From positions 1 to 36,184 of the IMG/VR virus record IMGVR_UViG_3300038829_000018: a stretch of 36,184 bases of DNA; one strand, written 5' to 3'. Positions 1-9,283 of this stretch are shown here, one piece after another. A model generated the notes under the pieces. That model was not told the DNA's origin, did not search any database, and saw nothing but the letters and a program-made list of their open reading frames with translations. Every line of letters starts with the position of its first letter. Position 1 is the stretch's first letter. The stretch comes from a virus (taxonomy: Duplodnaviria; Caudoviricetes). Made by a program: the position numbers and the translations under genes.

Positions 1-95
1 CCTGCGAACATAGTGAGCGGCGGCGCAGGCGGCGGCGGCACTACTTGGGGTGTTTCGGGCACGTCGGTCGCATTCGGCGGCGGTAACGTAAACGC
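1..95 (+). repeat. Identical cassette shared by Gly-rich genes (copy at window start)
   Basis: 1..95 is identical to 35161..35255, and 16..93 is identical to 36107..36184. Confidence 0.97.
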
Positions 96-393
96 ATCAG
101 GACCTTTTCCATTAATTAGTGGTGGAGCTGCAAGCTCGGCACTTAATCAACCAGCGAACGGCGGTGGGTCTGGTAAAATTTTATCAGATTTATTTTTCTC
201 GTGTGGCGGTGCAGGTGGCGGCGGTCGAGCGAATAATAACGGTGAGACATTGCCCGGTGGAAACGGCGGCGATGCTGGTTTTGGTTCAGGCGGCGGCGGC
301 GGCGGTGCGGGAACTTTCCTTGTGTCAAATACAGGAGTAGGCGGCAACGGTGGTCGCGGTGGAAATGGGATAGTAATAATAACTTGTTGGTAA
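1..393 (+). CDS. Glycine-rich virion protein, C-terminal part (5' end lies across the window edge)
   Basis: Open frame ending GGNGGRGGNGIVIITCW, paralogous to the C-terminus of 34600..35553; in frame with 35555..36184 through the end overlap. Confidence 0.85.
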   Translation, partial: PANIVSGGAGGGGTTWGVSGTSVAFGGGNVNASGPFPLISGGAASSALNQPANGGGSGKILSDLFFSCGGAGGGGRANNNGETLPGGNGGDAGFGSGGGGGGAGTFLVSNTGVGGNGGRGGNGIVIITCW

Positions 394-404
394 GGGGATT
401 TTAA

Positions 405-815
405 ATGTTCACAATGGAAGTTACAGATTATTTAGGCGCAGTTCATACTTTGAACTATGTTAGCGAGCCAAGCCAAGAGCAAAAAGAAGCAATCATTTAT
501 TCTTATACTTTAGAAGCTAAGAATGAAAAAGATAAGAATATATTTAAATTAAAATTAGAACACAGTAAATATATGGTTGATGAGATCATTTATTTATTAT
601 CTAAAAAGAATTCTGAGCTAGGTAAAGATTCAGCTTTTATCGTAGGAATGTTTCAGGCTCTTATTCCGATCAAAGAAATGTTAAATGCTGGGAGTTACAC
701 ACTAGCTAGGAGTGCTATTTCGCAAGCGCAAGCTGCATACGGGTCTGACTACACTGCAATATTTCAAGATGTAATAGACGATATTGACGAATTTAATTCG
801 GAGCATGGGCTGTAA
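405..815 (+). CDS. Hypothetical protein, possible fibre assembly chaperone; paralogue of 8058..8519
   Basis: AGGGG RBS; motif MLNAGSYTLARSAI resembles LLSAGSLGLAKGLI in 8058..8519; both follow fibre-like genes. Confidence 0.6.
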   Translation: MFTMEVTDYLGAVHTLNYVSEPSQEQKEAIIYSYTLEAKNEKDKNIFKLKLEHSKYMVDEIIYLLSKKNSELGKDSAFIVGMFQALIPIKEMLNAGSYTLARSAISQAQAAYGSDYTAIFQDVIDDIDEFNSEHGL

Positions 816-1288
816 TGAAATTACTATTTACTAAATCAAAATTACCAACTGGACCATTAATAACTTGGGGTCTTGAGGAGCCAGTTAGTCATTTTGAAGT
901 ATTATTTTTTGGAACTCTTATTTTGCAAAGTAATTTCTTTGGAGTTCATATATCTAAATCATCTGACTCTAAAAAATATACTCATGTAGTTTTTGAAAAA
1001 GAAATTAAACTAGACTTTCAAAAAGAAGCATTGCTATTCGTAACAATAATTATGAATTATTTCGGTAAGAAATATGACTGGGCTTTCTTTTTTAGTTTAG
1101 TTATGTCTGCTATTAAGAAGAAATTGTTTAGAATGCCAATAAGTCCAGAGTCGATTAAGTGGCGGTCTCGTGATAGATTTTTATGCACAGAAGTAGTTGT
1201 ATTTTTAAAAGATGTGTTAGGTAATATTGAAGTTGGTAATGGTAGCCCTTATCAGTTATGGCTTAAAGTAAAGGATATACAGTTATGA
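815..1288 (+). CDS. Permuted papain-like (NlpC/P60, YiiX/YebB-like) amidase/peptidase
   Basis: His-before-Cys motif order: VSHFEV ... GKKYDW ... FLCTEVV. Confidence 0.7.
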   Translation: MKLLFTKSKLPTGPLITWGLEEPVSHFEVLFFGTLILQSNFFGVHISKSSDSKKYTHVVFEKEIKLDFQKEALLFVTIIMNYFGKKYDWAFFFSLVMSAIKKKLFRMPISPESIKWRSRDRFLCTEVVVFLKDVLGNIEVGNGSPYQLWLKVKDIQL

Positions 1289-1986
1289 TTTTTCCTAACT
1301 TAATTTTAGAAGATGTGGTGGCATTAAATGACAAAACTCGATTGGATGCGACTAAAAGTTTTATCTCTAAAGATAATGTTGCGATTACTCTTGTTGAGAT
1401 CGAGGCTGAAACTGGGTCAGGGTTTGTTACAGTTGGCGGTCCTGGTAATTCCAAGGACTGGTATCTCGACTGGCAGTACTCAGCCGCAGGTACTAAAACA
1501 GTTTCATGTAGAATCACAGCAGGAGGCACAACAACGATCACTTCTACATTAGTTGTACCGACGGATACAGTTGATAATTTATTCAGTAGCGATTCTGATT
1601 TGACGGCTTTAGATTCTGATATTTTAAAATATATTCCATCTGGCCGTTCAAGTTTTAAAAATGTTCATAGAAAAGCTCAAAGACTTATTTTAGCTTGGTT
1701 AGATGAAAATGGTCATACTGATACTAACGGTGATCGGTTAACTGCGGCTGCAATAATTAATAAAGAAGAAGTCAAATCATGGTCAGCGGCTTTAGTTTTA
1801 AGTTTAATTTATAGCGGTTTATCAAATCAAGTTGGTGATATTTTCGGTGAAAACGCTAAGCAGTTCGCTTCGATGGCAGCTAGTCATAGGTCTAGGCTTA
1901 TATTAAGGCTAGATACGTCTGGCGACGGTGTTATTGCTCAAGGAGAAGGTGTTAATGTTATATCGCTGGATATGGTTAGACGATGA
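1285..1986 (+). CDS. Putative head-tail adaptor / head completion protein
   Basis: Lies just before the tail terminator-like gene; beta-rich N-terminal half, helical C-terminal half; coupled by ATGA overlaps. Confidence 0.5.
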   Translation: MIFPNLILEDVVALNDKTRLDATKSFISKDNVAITLVEIEAETGSGFVTVGGPGNSKDWYLDWQYSAAGTKTVSCRITAGGTTTITSTLVVPTDTVDNLFSSDSDLTALDSDILKYIPSGRSSFKNVHRKAQRLILAWLDENGHTDTNGDRLTAAAIINKEEVKSWSAALVLSLIYSGLSNQVGDIFGENAKQFASMAASHRSRLILRLDTSGDGVIAQGEGVNVISLDMVRR

Positions 1987-2402
1987 GCTTAATAAACATT
2001 AGATCATATTTCAGAACGCACTTAGACGCAGTTGGTTTCACTGAGTGGACGGACGGATTTAATGTTGAAAATATACCTAGTACAATTTTAGATAATAGTT
2101 ACCATATAGAAAATGGTGTTATCGCTTCCACGGCGAGTAATCATCAAGCGCATTTATTTAGGTGTCCAGTAACAATTCGGGTTTTCTACAAAGGTTTTGC
2201 AGATCCCGCAAGTGCTATTGACAATGCTTATGTAGGTGCGGAGAGTATATTAGCGGAGGTCCTACTACCGTCTAATAGATTAGGAAGTAGTTTGCAGGAT
2301 GTAATTCCTATTAACATAAGTGTAACTCCACTAAGTAACACGAATGATAATAGTGTAATTTTGCAGATAGAGTTTGAAGTTTTAACATTTATGAAATTTT
2401 AG
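1983..2402 (+). CDS. Putative tail terminator protein
   Basis: 139 aa, immediately upstream of the tail tube gene. Confidence 0.55.
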   Translation: MSLINIRSYFRTHLDAVGFTEWTDGFNVENIPSTILDNSYHIENGVIASTASNHQAHLFRCPVTIRVFYKGFADPASAIDNAYVGAESILAEVLLPSNRLGSSLQDVIPINISVTPLSNTNDNSVILQIEFEVLTFMKF

Positions 2403-2410
2403 GGGGATTT

Positions 2411-3307
2411 ATGAGTTCTAGTGTAGCAAATGTGCGCGTTGAACCTATGAACGTCTTTTGGAAAGCAGAAGAAAAAGAAACTTTTGATTTTACCAATGCG
2501 ACGGCAGCGGGTGCAGGCGGTAAGCATATTAAATTATATTTACCAACAGGTGCAAAATATTATGTTTGGTTTGATGAGAATAATACTGATACAGATCCGG
2601 CTCCGGCTACGTTTACTGCAATTGCAGTTGATTACGGTGCAGGTGCTTTAGCCACTGCTATAGCAACAGCGTTTCAAGTTGCAGTTGATGCAGTTTCAGG
2701 GTTTACAGCTACGATATCAGGTGACGTTGTAACTGTTGTTAGGGATGCAGTCGGTGACGTGACTGATTCAGTTAATGTAGACGCGACTGAAATAGTTATG
2801 ACAAAAGTGCAAGACGGTAAGAATGTTGATCTAGGTTTAATCGATGGTGACATCGAGATTTCTACAGATCCTAAAACATTTGAATTAAAAGCGCACCAGC
2901 ATGGCGAGACAATATTGTCTGAGCTTATTCAAGGTTTTGGATGTTCAATTGGTCTTACACTTCTTGAGAGCGACAACACTTTACGCAAGTCAGTAATGAT
3001 AGGCGCAGCAGGTGACGCAGTTACTCCAAGTGGCGGTACTGAGGTTTATGGTATTGGTACTTCTAAAATAGGAAGTAACAAAATCATTGACGCCGCTCGA
3101 TTGATTTTGCATCCTGTTTCGGCTGGAAGCACTGATTACACTCGTGACTGGTGTTTTTGGAAAGCTGGAGTAGTAGTTGAGAGCATTACTTTTTCTGGTA
3201 CAGATCCAGAGAAGATGAAAGTGTCTTTCAAATGTTACCCAGACGATTCAAAATCTAGCAAAGTAAGTATTTTCGCAGTCGGCGACCATACACAAGCTGG
3301 AATTTAA
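2411..3307 (+). CDS. Major tail tube protein
   Basis: Precedes chaperone and tape measure genes; tube-like segments (DLGLIDGDIEI, RLILHP, ITFSGTDPEKMKVSFKCYPD); strong RBS. Confidence 0.8.
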   Translation: MSSSVANVRVEPMNVFWKAEEKETFDFTNATAAGAGGKHIKLYLPTGAKYYVWFDENNTDTDPAPATFTAIAVDYGAGALATAIATAFQVAVDAVSGFTATISGDVVTVVRDAVGDVTDSVNVDATEIVMTKVQDGKNVDLGLIDGDIEISTDPKTFELKAHQHGETILSELIQGFGCSIGLTLLESDNTLRKSVMIGAAGDAVTPSGGTEVYGIGTSKIGSNKIIDAARLILHPVSAGSTDYTRDWCFWKAGVVVESITFSGTDPEKMKVSFKCYPDDSKSSKVSIFAVGDHTQAGI

Positions 3308-3320
3308 TTAAAGGGGTTAT

Positions 3321-3584
3321 ATGTCTGACTTAGTAATTGATAAAAAAACTGTTTATAAGATTACTTATCAAGATAAAGTTATTGAGATAAGTAAACCCAC
3401 TGTTAGACAGAACATAGAGCATCAACGAAAAGTTAACAAATTAACTGATGATTTAGAGAAATTTGAGGCTGTGTTGGATCTCCTTCACAGCCTTGGTTTA
3501 GATAAGCAAATATCTGATAATCTAGACATTGATCAGTTAACACAAATTCTTGACGCGATTCTACCTAAAGATAAAAAAAAATAG
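3321..3584 (+). CDS. Tail assembly chaperone (gpG-like)
   Basis: Between tube and tape measure genes; ends GAT AAA AAA AAA TAG. Confidence 0.8.
   Translation: MSDLVIDKKTVYKITYQDKVIEISKPTVRQNIEHQRKVNKLTDDLEKFEAVLDLLHSLGLDKQISDNLDIDQLTQILDAILPKDKKK
3573..3581 (+). other. -1 programmed ribosomal frameshift site (A9)
   Basis: Nine-A run just before the stop codon; the -1 frame is open to 3889. Confidence 0.8.
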
Positions 3585-3889
3585 ATTTTTACGCATACCA
3601 GAAGGCTAAGCTAGCTAGGTTTTACGGCTGGACTGACACTTATATAGACTCATTACTCTATGAGGATCTATTAAACTATTGGTTAGCAATAACTCAAATA
3701 CAAAGCGAAGAAATTTTATTGAATATAAGCGTATGCAATTTCTCAAGCATGAAAGAATCTTATAGGGATAGCTTCTATAATGATATCAATAAAAACACTA
3801 TGTCGATTTTAGAGGGAGAGTCTGATAAAGTTTTAACTGCTGATATGGCGGCTGAAGAGGTATTTAAAGCATTAAATGGCAGACGATAA
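3581..3889 (+). CDS. Frameshift extension of tail chaperone (gpGT-like), not in the ORF track
   Basis: The -1 frame reads IDFYAYQKAKLARFYGWTDTYIDSLLYEDLLNYW...KALNGRR*, filling the gap before the tape measure gene. Confidence 0.8.
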   Translation: MDFYAYQKAKLARFYGWTDTYIDSLLYEDLLNYWLAITQIQSEEILLNISVCNFSSMKESYRDSFYNDINKNTMSILEGESDKVLTADMAAEEVFKALNGRR

Positions 3890-5660
3890 AATAGAAATAG
3901 AAATTGTACTAGACGATAAATCTATTAAAAGTGGATTTAATAATATTAGAAATCTAGCTGATGCCGCTGGTAAAAGTATCGGTAGTTCTTTCGATGGTGC
4001 TGCATTAAAAAACTTTGGAGTTCAGATAGCAAAAATCGCGGCTGGTGCTGGAGCAGCTGCATTGGCAATTTCTGCTATTGTCGTTAAGAAATCTATTGAT
4101 GCGGCATCTGAATATGAAGACGTTGTAAATAAATTTAATACTGCACTATCATTGAGCGGGCAATACTCTAAAGAAGCGAGTGCTGGATTTTTAGAATTTG
4201 CAAATTCAATTCAAAAAACTACTAAGTTTAGCGATGATCAAGTTGTTTCAAGCGGAGCATTAATACAAAACATTGCACGACTTAGCTCTGATGGCTTGCA
4301 GAGAGCTACAAAAGCTAGTTTAGATCTATCATCAGCTTTAGGAATAGATTTAGAAACTGCTTCTCAGCTAGTAGCTAAATCGGCAAATGGTAATGTAACT
4401 GCATTTAATCGTTATGGGATAGAGATCAGAAAAGGTGCTACTGATACAGAAACATTTTCTAATACATTAAAAACATTAGAGGAGAGATTCGGAGGCGCGG
4501 CAGCTGCATCTGCGGGTTCATTCTCGGGCTCATTGTCTAAATTAAGAAATTCTTTCGACGATATATTCAAAGAAATAGGACGAGCGATAACAAAGAGTCC
4601 TGCACTGACTGAGATGATAAATTTTATATCGAAGCAGTTTTCTAATATTGCTGATTTTATTAAAACGTCTATTGGCGATAAAGATATTTTTAAAGATTTA
4701 TTAATTAATTTTTCAGTAATAGTACAAGCGTCTTTAGAGACGGCTAGACAAATCGGAGGAGGGTTCGAGCTTGCTTTCCTGAGAGCACAGCAAGCGTGGT
4801 TAGCATTTAAAGTTTTAACTACTCTAGGTTTGTCTGATAAATTTAACCAGCAATTAGTTGATATAAATAATCAAATAGCTTTAGTAAAAACTAATTTAAG
4901 TTTTGATTCTGAAGCGACTACTGGTATTGATGCTTTTATCGGCAAGCTAAGCGAGACAAACGGAAAGCTAAAGGAGCTTACTGATAGCAATATAGCTAAT
5001 ATGGAGTCAGTTAAAGATGCAGTTAATCCAGTTACTTTTAGCGAAGGATTATCTTTAATAGGTGACCAGTTTGATATATTAAAAAATAGAACTGCATTAA
5101 GCGTTGCTGATTTTAAAACTAAAAATGAAGAGTTAAAAAAAGTTTTTACTGATGTAGGTACTACTGCAAGAAATCAGCTTGCTAACGGTATAGGTGGAGC
5201 ATTTGCAAAAGTTGGTGAAGCGTTTGTAACTGGTAAAAACGCATTAAAAGAATTTGCAAAAGCATTTATTGGGACTATCGGTCAGATGGCGGTTCAAGCT
5301 GGATCAAGATTTATTTTAGAAGGTATCGCGTGGATGACCGTACCTGGATCTCAAGGTGTCGGTGGTAGTATGATCGCGGCTGGTGCAGCACTCGCAACAT
5401 TCGGAGGAGCATTATCAGCTTTTGCTGGTGGCGGCGGCGCGAGTGCTCAAACTGGTGGAGGTGCTCAAGCATCTTCTACTGGTGGAGGAGCATCAATTTC
5501 ACCTACGGCTGGAGCGGCGCAAGCTATTGAGAAAAAAGAAACAAGCGTAAAAATCGACGTTGCAGGAACTGTACTCGATCCAATTAGCGTCGGAAAACAA
5601 ATCGCACAAATATTAAATGACACATTCGATGCTACTGGTACGAAAGTGGTGACTGCATAA
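3876..5660 (+). CDS. Tape measure protein
   Basis: Ala-rich helical protein with IQKTTKFSDD and ASLDLSSALGIDLETASQLVAK segments; canonical position. Confidence 0.9.
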   Translation: MADDKIEIEIVLDDKSIKSGFNNIRNLADAAGKSIGSSFDGAALKNFGVQIAKIAAGAGAAALAISAIVVKKSIDAASEYEDVVNKFNTALSLSGQYSKEASAGFLEFANSIQKTTKFSDDQVVSSGALIQNIARLSSDGLQRATKASLDLSSALGIDLETASQLVAKSANGNVTAFNRYGIEIRKGATDTETFSNTLKTLEERFGGAAAASAGSFSGSLSKLRNSFDDIFKEIGRAITKSPALTEMINFISKQFSNIADFIKTSIGDKDIFKDLLINFSVIVQASLETARQIGGGFELAFLRAQQAWLAFKVLTTLGLSDKFNQQLVDINNQIALVKTNLSFDSEATTGIDAFIGKLSETNGKLKELTDSNIANMESVKDAVNPVTFSEGLSLIGDQFDILKNRTALSVADFKTKNEELKKVFTDVGTTARNQLANGIGGAFAKVGEAFVTGKNALKEFAKAFIGTIGQMAVQAGSRFILEGIAWMTVPGSQGVGGSMIAAGAALATFGGALSAFAGGGGASAQTGGGAQASSTGGGASISPTAGAAQAIEKKETSVKIDVAGTVLDPISVGKQIAQILNDTFDATGTKVVTA

Positions 5661-6436
5661 TGGCAATGGAAACATGGTCTAAATTTTATTATGGATATGA
5701 AGTAACATCTTCAAACAATAAACTAAACTTTAATGAAGGTGCTCTTGAGCTAACTGCTACGTTAACTGTTGGGATTTATTCTCCAAGTGATTTAGCGGTG
5801 GAAGTAAAAACTGCTTTAGACGCGGCTGGTGCTAAGACATATACAGTTACATTTAATAGATCGACTCGAAAATTTACGATTAATTGCGGAGCAGGGACTT
5901 ATACTTTACTGGTAGCAACTGGTAGTAATCTTGCAACTACTGCATTTACGTTATTAGGATTTACTGGTGCAGACTTAGCAGGTCTTATCGCTTATACGTC
6001 TAATTTATCTAGTGGTAGCGAATATAAAGTACAGTTTAAATTACAAGATTATACTGCTCCTACTGAATGGTATGAAAAGATTGATCCAAGTGTTAACGAA
6101 TCAGCTAGTGGTCACGTTGAGATAGTTTCATTTGGTACAGTTCAATTCACGGAATTCAACATGATGTTTATTACTAATAAATCTATGGACGGAGTAGTTA
6201 TCCGGAATAACCAGACAGGTGTTAGTGTTGCAAATTCATTTATGCAATTTATAATAAAGCGCGGGAAGTTTGATTTTATGCCAGACGAAAATGATCCTGC
6301 GACATATTATAAATTGACTCTTGAAAGTACACCGTCGTCTAGTAAAGGTGTTGGGTATAAGCTTCAAGAAGAGACGTCGAAGTCTTTACCTGGATTTTAT
6401 CAGACAGGAAAACTTAAATTTAGGGTGGTAAGTTAA
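5660..6436 (+). CDS. Putative distal tail protein
   Basis: Directly follows the tape measure gene; beta-rich. Confidence 0.55.
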   Translation: MAMETWSKFYYGYEVTSSNNKLNFNEGALELTATLTVGIYSPSDLAVEVKTALDAAGAKTYTVTFNRSTRKFTINCGAGTYTLLVATGSNLATTAFTLLGFTGADLAGLIAYTSNLSSGSEYKVQFKLQDYTAPTEWYEKIDPSVNESASGHVEIVSFGTVQFTEFNMMFITNKSMDGVVIRNNQTGVSVANSFMQFIIKRGKFDFMPDENDPATYYKLTLESTPSSSKGVGYKLQEETSKSLPGFYQTGKLKFRVVS

Positions 6437-8058
6437 TGGCTTTAGTAGATGGTTCACTTGCAAACGCGGCAGCATTTAATAATGAGTTTGTCTCGAAAGT
6501 ATCAGACTCAGTAGTAACTTCAAATATTGATTTAAACAGTAGTGATGTTGTTCAAGGTGTTGAGATAACAAAACTTCAAAGAGAATTAAACTCGTTAAAT
6601 TCTTTTTCTGGAAAAACTGTTAACACTGCAAAAGATGTAAAACCAACTTGGGCGTCAACTAACTATGGGTCTAGCACAGATAGCCTACAAGCTAGAAGTG
6701 AGTCGTTAGATGTTGCTCTCGCATCATTTTACGCTGAGAAAGCTTCGGCTAATGGAGTTGCGACGTTAGATGCTGGTGGAACTATACCGATGTCGCAGAT
6801 ACCAGCAGCGATAACAAATGATTTGCAATATATTTCTGGTTGGGATGCTACAGCTAATACTCCTACTCTATCTGATGCCACTGGTACTGCTGGATATATG
6901 TATGCAGTTACAGTTGGTGGGTCTCAAGATTTAGGAGCTGGTGTAATAGCATTTACTCCTGGTGATTTAGTAATTCATAATGGAACTATATTTGAAAAAG
7001 TAGACGGGTCTCAAGTTTCTGCTTTTAACGGTAGAACTGGTGCAGTAATACCGCAGTCAGGTGACTATACGAAGTCTGACGTTGGATTAGCTAACGTAGA
7101 TAATACGGCAGATACTTCTAAAGCAATTGCTGGTGATGTTACTGGAACACTTGGATCAAGCACAGTTGTAAAATTACAGAATAGAGATATAGATGCAACT
7201 GCTCCGACGAATGGATATGTTTTGATGTGGAATAGCACTTCATCCAAATGGGAGCCTACCTCTGCTCCTGGATCTAGTTTGTCTTTTTCCTATAGATCAG
7301 TAACTACAACTGATACAGCTACTACGAGCGACTACACTTTAGATTTAAGTGGAGCAAGTTTTACTCAGACGATTTATACGGCAGTAGGAAACACTGGAAA
7401 AATTTTAGAGATAATTCACTCTGGGACAAGTTTAACTCAAGAATACACATTAAATAGTACTTCAGGTCAGACGATTGGTGGTCATGCTAGTGGGGTTTTA
7501 AAGCTATATACTAATGGTGAGAGATTTAAAATTCAGTCGGACGGATCTAACTGGAGAATAGTTGAGCATAAAGCTGAGACAAATTTTGTTGATGCGGGTG
7601 CTCTAGTAATTACTGCAAGTACTACTGATCCTACAAAAGGTGGAACAGTAGTTTTAGATAAAGTGTACTGGAGAAGAGTTGGTCAAAACGCACATATAAT
7701 GATGAATTATAGACAAACAACAGTTGGAGTTAATGGAAGTGGTGATTATTTATTTAATATTCCTTCAGGACTTGTTATTGATACTGGAATAATAGGCGCA
7801 GAAGCTACAGCTCAGGGAGTTGGTAGTTCAATTAGGAATTCAAATTTAGGAAATTTTTTCGGACACTTGGCTGCTACTGTAAATATGTCAGGAGGGATTG
7901 CATTATGGGATTCGACAAAAGTTACTGTTAATATGTGCGCAACTGCTACAACTTCATCGTCACTAGGTACAGTAGGATCAGGATATGCAGCATTAGGTAA
8001 TGCTTCTGTTAGTTATCATTTAAATTTCACAGCGCCAATAGTAGGGTGGTTATCATAA
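6436..8058 (+). CDS. Tail fibre-like protein
   Basis: Fibre-type motifs ANGVATLDAGG, WDATANTPTL, FNGRTGAV, TKSDVGLANVDNT, APTNGYVLMWNSTSSKWEP. Confidence 0.75.
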   Translation: MALVDGSLANAAAFNNEFVSKVSDSVVTSNIDLNSSDVVQGVEITKLQRELNSLNSFSGKTVNTAKDVKPTWASTNYGSSTDSLQARSESLDVALASFYAEKASANGVATLDAGGTIPMSQIPAAITNDLQYISGWDATANTPTLSDATGTAGYMYAVTVGGSQDLGAGVIAFTPGDLVIHNGTIFEKVDGSQVSAFNGRTGAVIPQSGDYTKSDVGLANVDNTADTSKAIAGDVTGTLGSSTVVKLQNRDIDATAPTNGYVLMWNSTSSKWEPTSAPGSSLSFSYRSVTTTDTATTSDYTLDLSGASFTQTIYTAVGNTGKILEIIHSGTSLTQEYTLNSTSGQTIGGHASGVLKLYTNGERFKIQSDGSNWRIVEHKAETNFVDAGALVITASTTDPTKGGTVVLDKVYWRRVGQNAHIMMNYRQTTVGVNGSGDYLFNIPSGLVIDTGIIGAEATAQGVGSSIRNSNLGNFFGHLAATVNMSGGIALWDSTKVTVNMCATATTSSSLGTVGSGYAALGNASVSYHLNFTAPIVGWLS

Positions 8059-8519
8059 TGGCTATTTTTTATCCGTTCGGGAAAATAAATGCAGGAGTTA
8101 CTTACGAATCAAAATCAGTTTGTGAGTTAAAAGAAGGTCAAACTTGTTACGACATATCTGGGAAAGATTTAAGACACTGTCGTCTTATTGACGGACAAGT
8201 AGTAGAAGATCCAGTCCTAAAAACAAAAGTAGAAGCAGATGACTTTTTAGAAGCTCGATTGAGAGAGAAAAATAGAAATATGCAAAAAGGCGCTAGAATT
8301 ATAGCTCTAGTTTCAGTCATGAACGAAGACGCTGGCTTCACTGGAGAGCAATTAGTTGCGTTTCAATCTCAATTCGCACAAGTACAAGCATTGTTAAGTG
8401 CTGGAAGTTTAGGTCTAGCAAAAGGATTAATAGATTTAATAGTACCAGACGGCGTTATTATCACTCAAAGTTATAAGGATAAAGTTTTAGCTGAGCTAAT
8501 AAAATTAATAAGTAATTAA
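8058..8519 (+). CDS. Hypothetical protein, possible fibre assembly chaperone
   Basis: TAATG coupling to the fibre gene favours the ATG at 8058; shares a motif with 405..815. Confidence 0.55.
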   Translation: MAIFYPFGKINAGVTYESKSVCELKEGQTCYDISGKDLRHCRLIDGQVVEDPVLKTKVEADDFLEARLREKNRNMQKGARIIALVSVMNEDAGFTGEQLVAFQSQFAQVQALLSAGSLGLAKGLIDLIVPDGVIITQSYKDKVLAELIKLISN

Positions 8520-8529
8520 GGAGCCACGA

Positions 8530-8808
8530 ATGGCAGACGAAGTACAGGATGTACAAAACGTATTAAATAAAAAAGTTATTGCTGGTGCAAGTGGCGGGCT
8601 AATAGGTATCGCATCACTTTTCATAACTTATATTGATTCAAAACTAGAAGCTTCAACATTGCTTGTCGAAGAAAAATATAAAAACATGAAAATATATGTG
8701 GACGCTAAGCACGAGATTGTAGAGACTAAATTAGATAAAATCGAGCATCTTTTAATAAAGATTGATGATCGGATTTATGAAATAATTAAACATTCCAAAG
8801 GGGGATAA
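8530..8808 (+). CDS. Single-TM protein with coiled-coil tail, possible holin/antiholin
   Basis: AAGGAG RBS; hydrophobic VIAGASGGLIGIASLFITYI; C-terminal KLDKIEHLLIKID. Confidence 0.5.
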   Translation: MADEVQDVQNVLNKKVIAGASGGLIGIASLFITYIDSKLEASTLLVEEKYKNMKIYVDAKHEIVETKLDKIEHLLIKIDDRIYEIIKHSKGG

Positions 8809-8809
8809 A

Positions 8810-9019
8810 ATGGATTACAAATCACTAGTACTAAAACACGTTAATTTTAAAGGTTTCTCAGAAGACATTTTAAAATTAGTAATTGAGCCAGCTATTAATA
8901 AATTCGTAGCTGAATCAGCAAACAAGTATGACGATATGCTTGTACTTGCACTTCTTCCAAAGCTTGAAGAAGCAGTAATCAAATTCGTTGACGAACAAGT
9001 AGCTAAACTAGGAGCATAA
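8810..9019 (+). CDS. Small hypothetical protein in the lysis cluster
   Basis: AGGGGG RBS; tightly packed between neighbours. Confidence 0.65.
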   Translation: MDYKSLVLKHVNFKGFSEDILKLVIEPAINKFVAESANKYDDMLVLALLPKLEEAVIKFVDEQVAKLGA

Positions 9020-9022
9020 CTA

Positions 9023-9283
9023 GTGACTTGGTTAACAAACCTTCTTACCAATATAGGAACAAACTATATTGGTAAGTTTTTATCATCAGCATTTACATTT
9101 CTAAAAGATTTTTTCGCTATGAAGCAAAAAGAGAAATCGATAAATGCTGATGCTAAAAGCGTTGAAGATATTTCTGCTGAAATAAAGAAATTGATCTTAG
9201 AAGGAAAACCCGTCCCAGAGGAGTTAAAGAATGCACTACGCAGCGCGAGTCGTAAGCTTATTAGTAATTCTAATCTCAACTAG
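9023..9283 (+). CDS. Putative inner-membrane spanin (Rz-like)
   Basis: AGGAG RBS; amphipathic/hydrophobic N-terminus then charged helix; 3' end overlaps a lipoprotein gene. Confidence 0.45.
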   Translation: MTWLTNLLTNIGTNYIGKFLSSAFTFLKDFFAMKQKEKSINADAKSVEDISAEIKKLILEGKPVPEELKNALRSASRKLISNSNLN

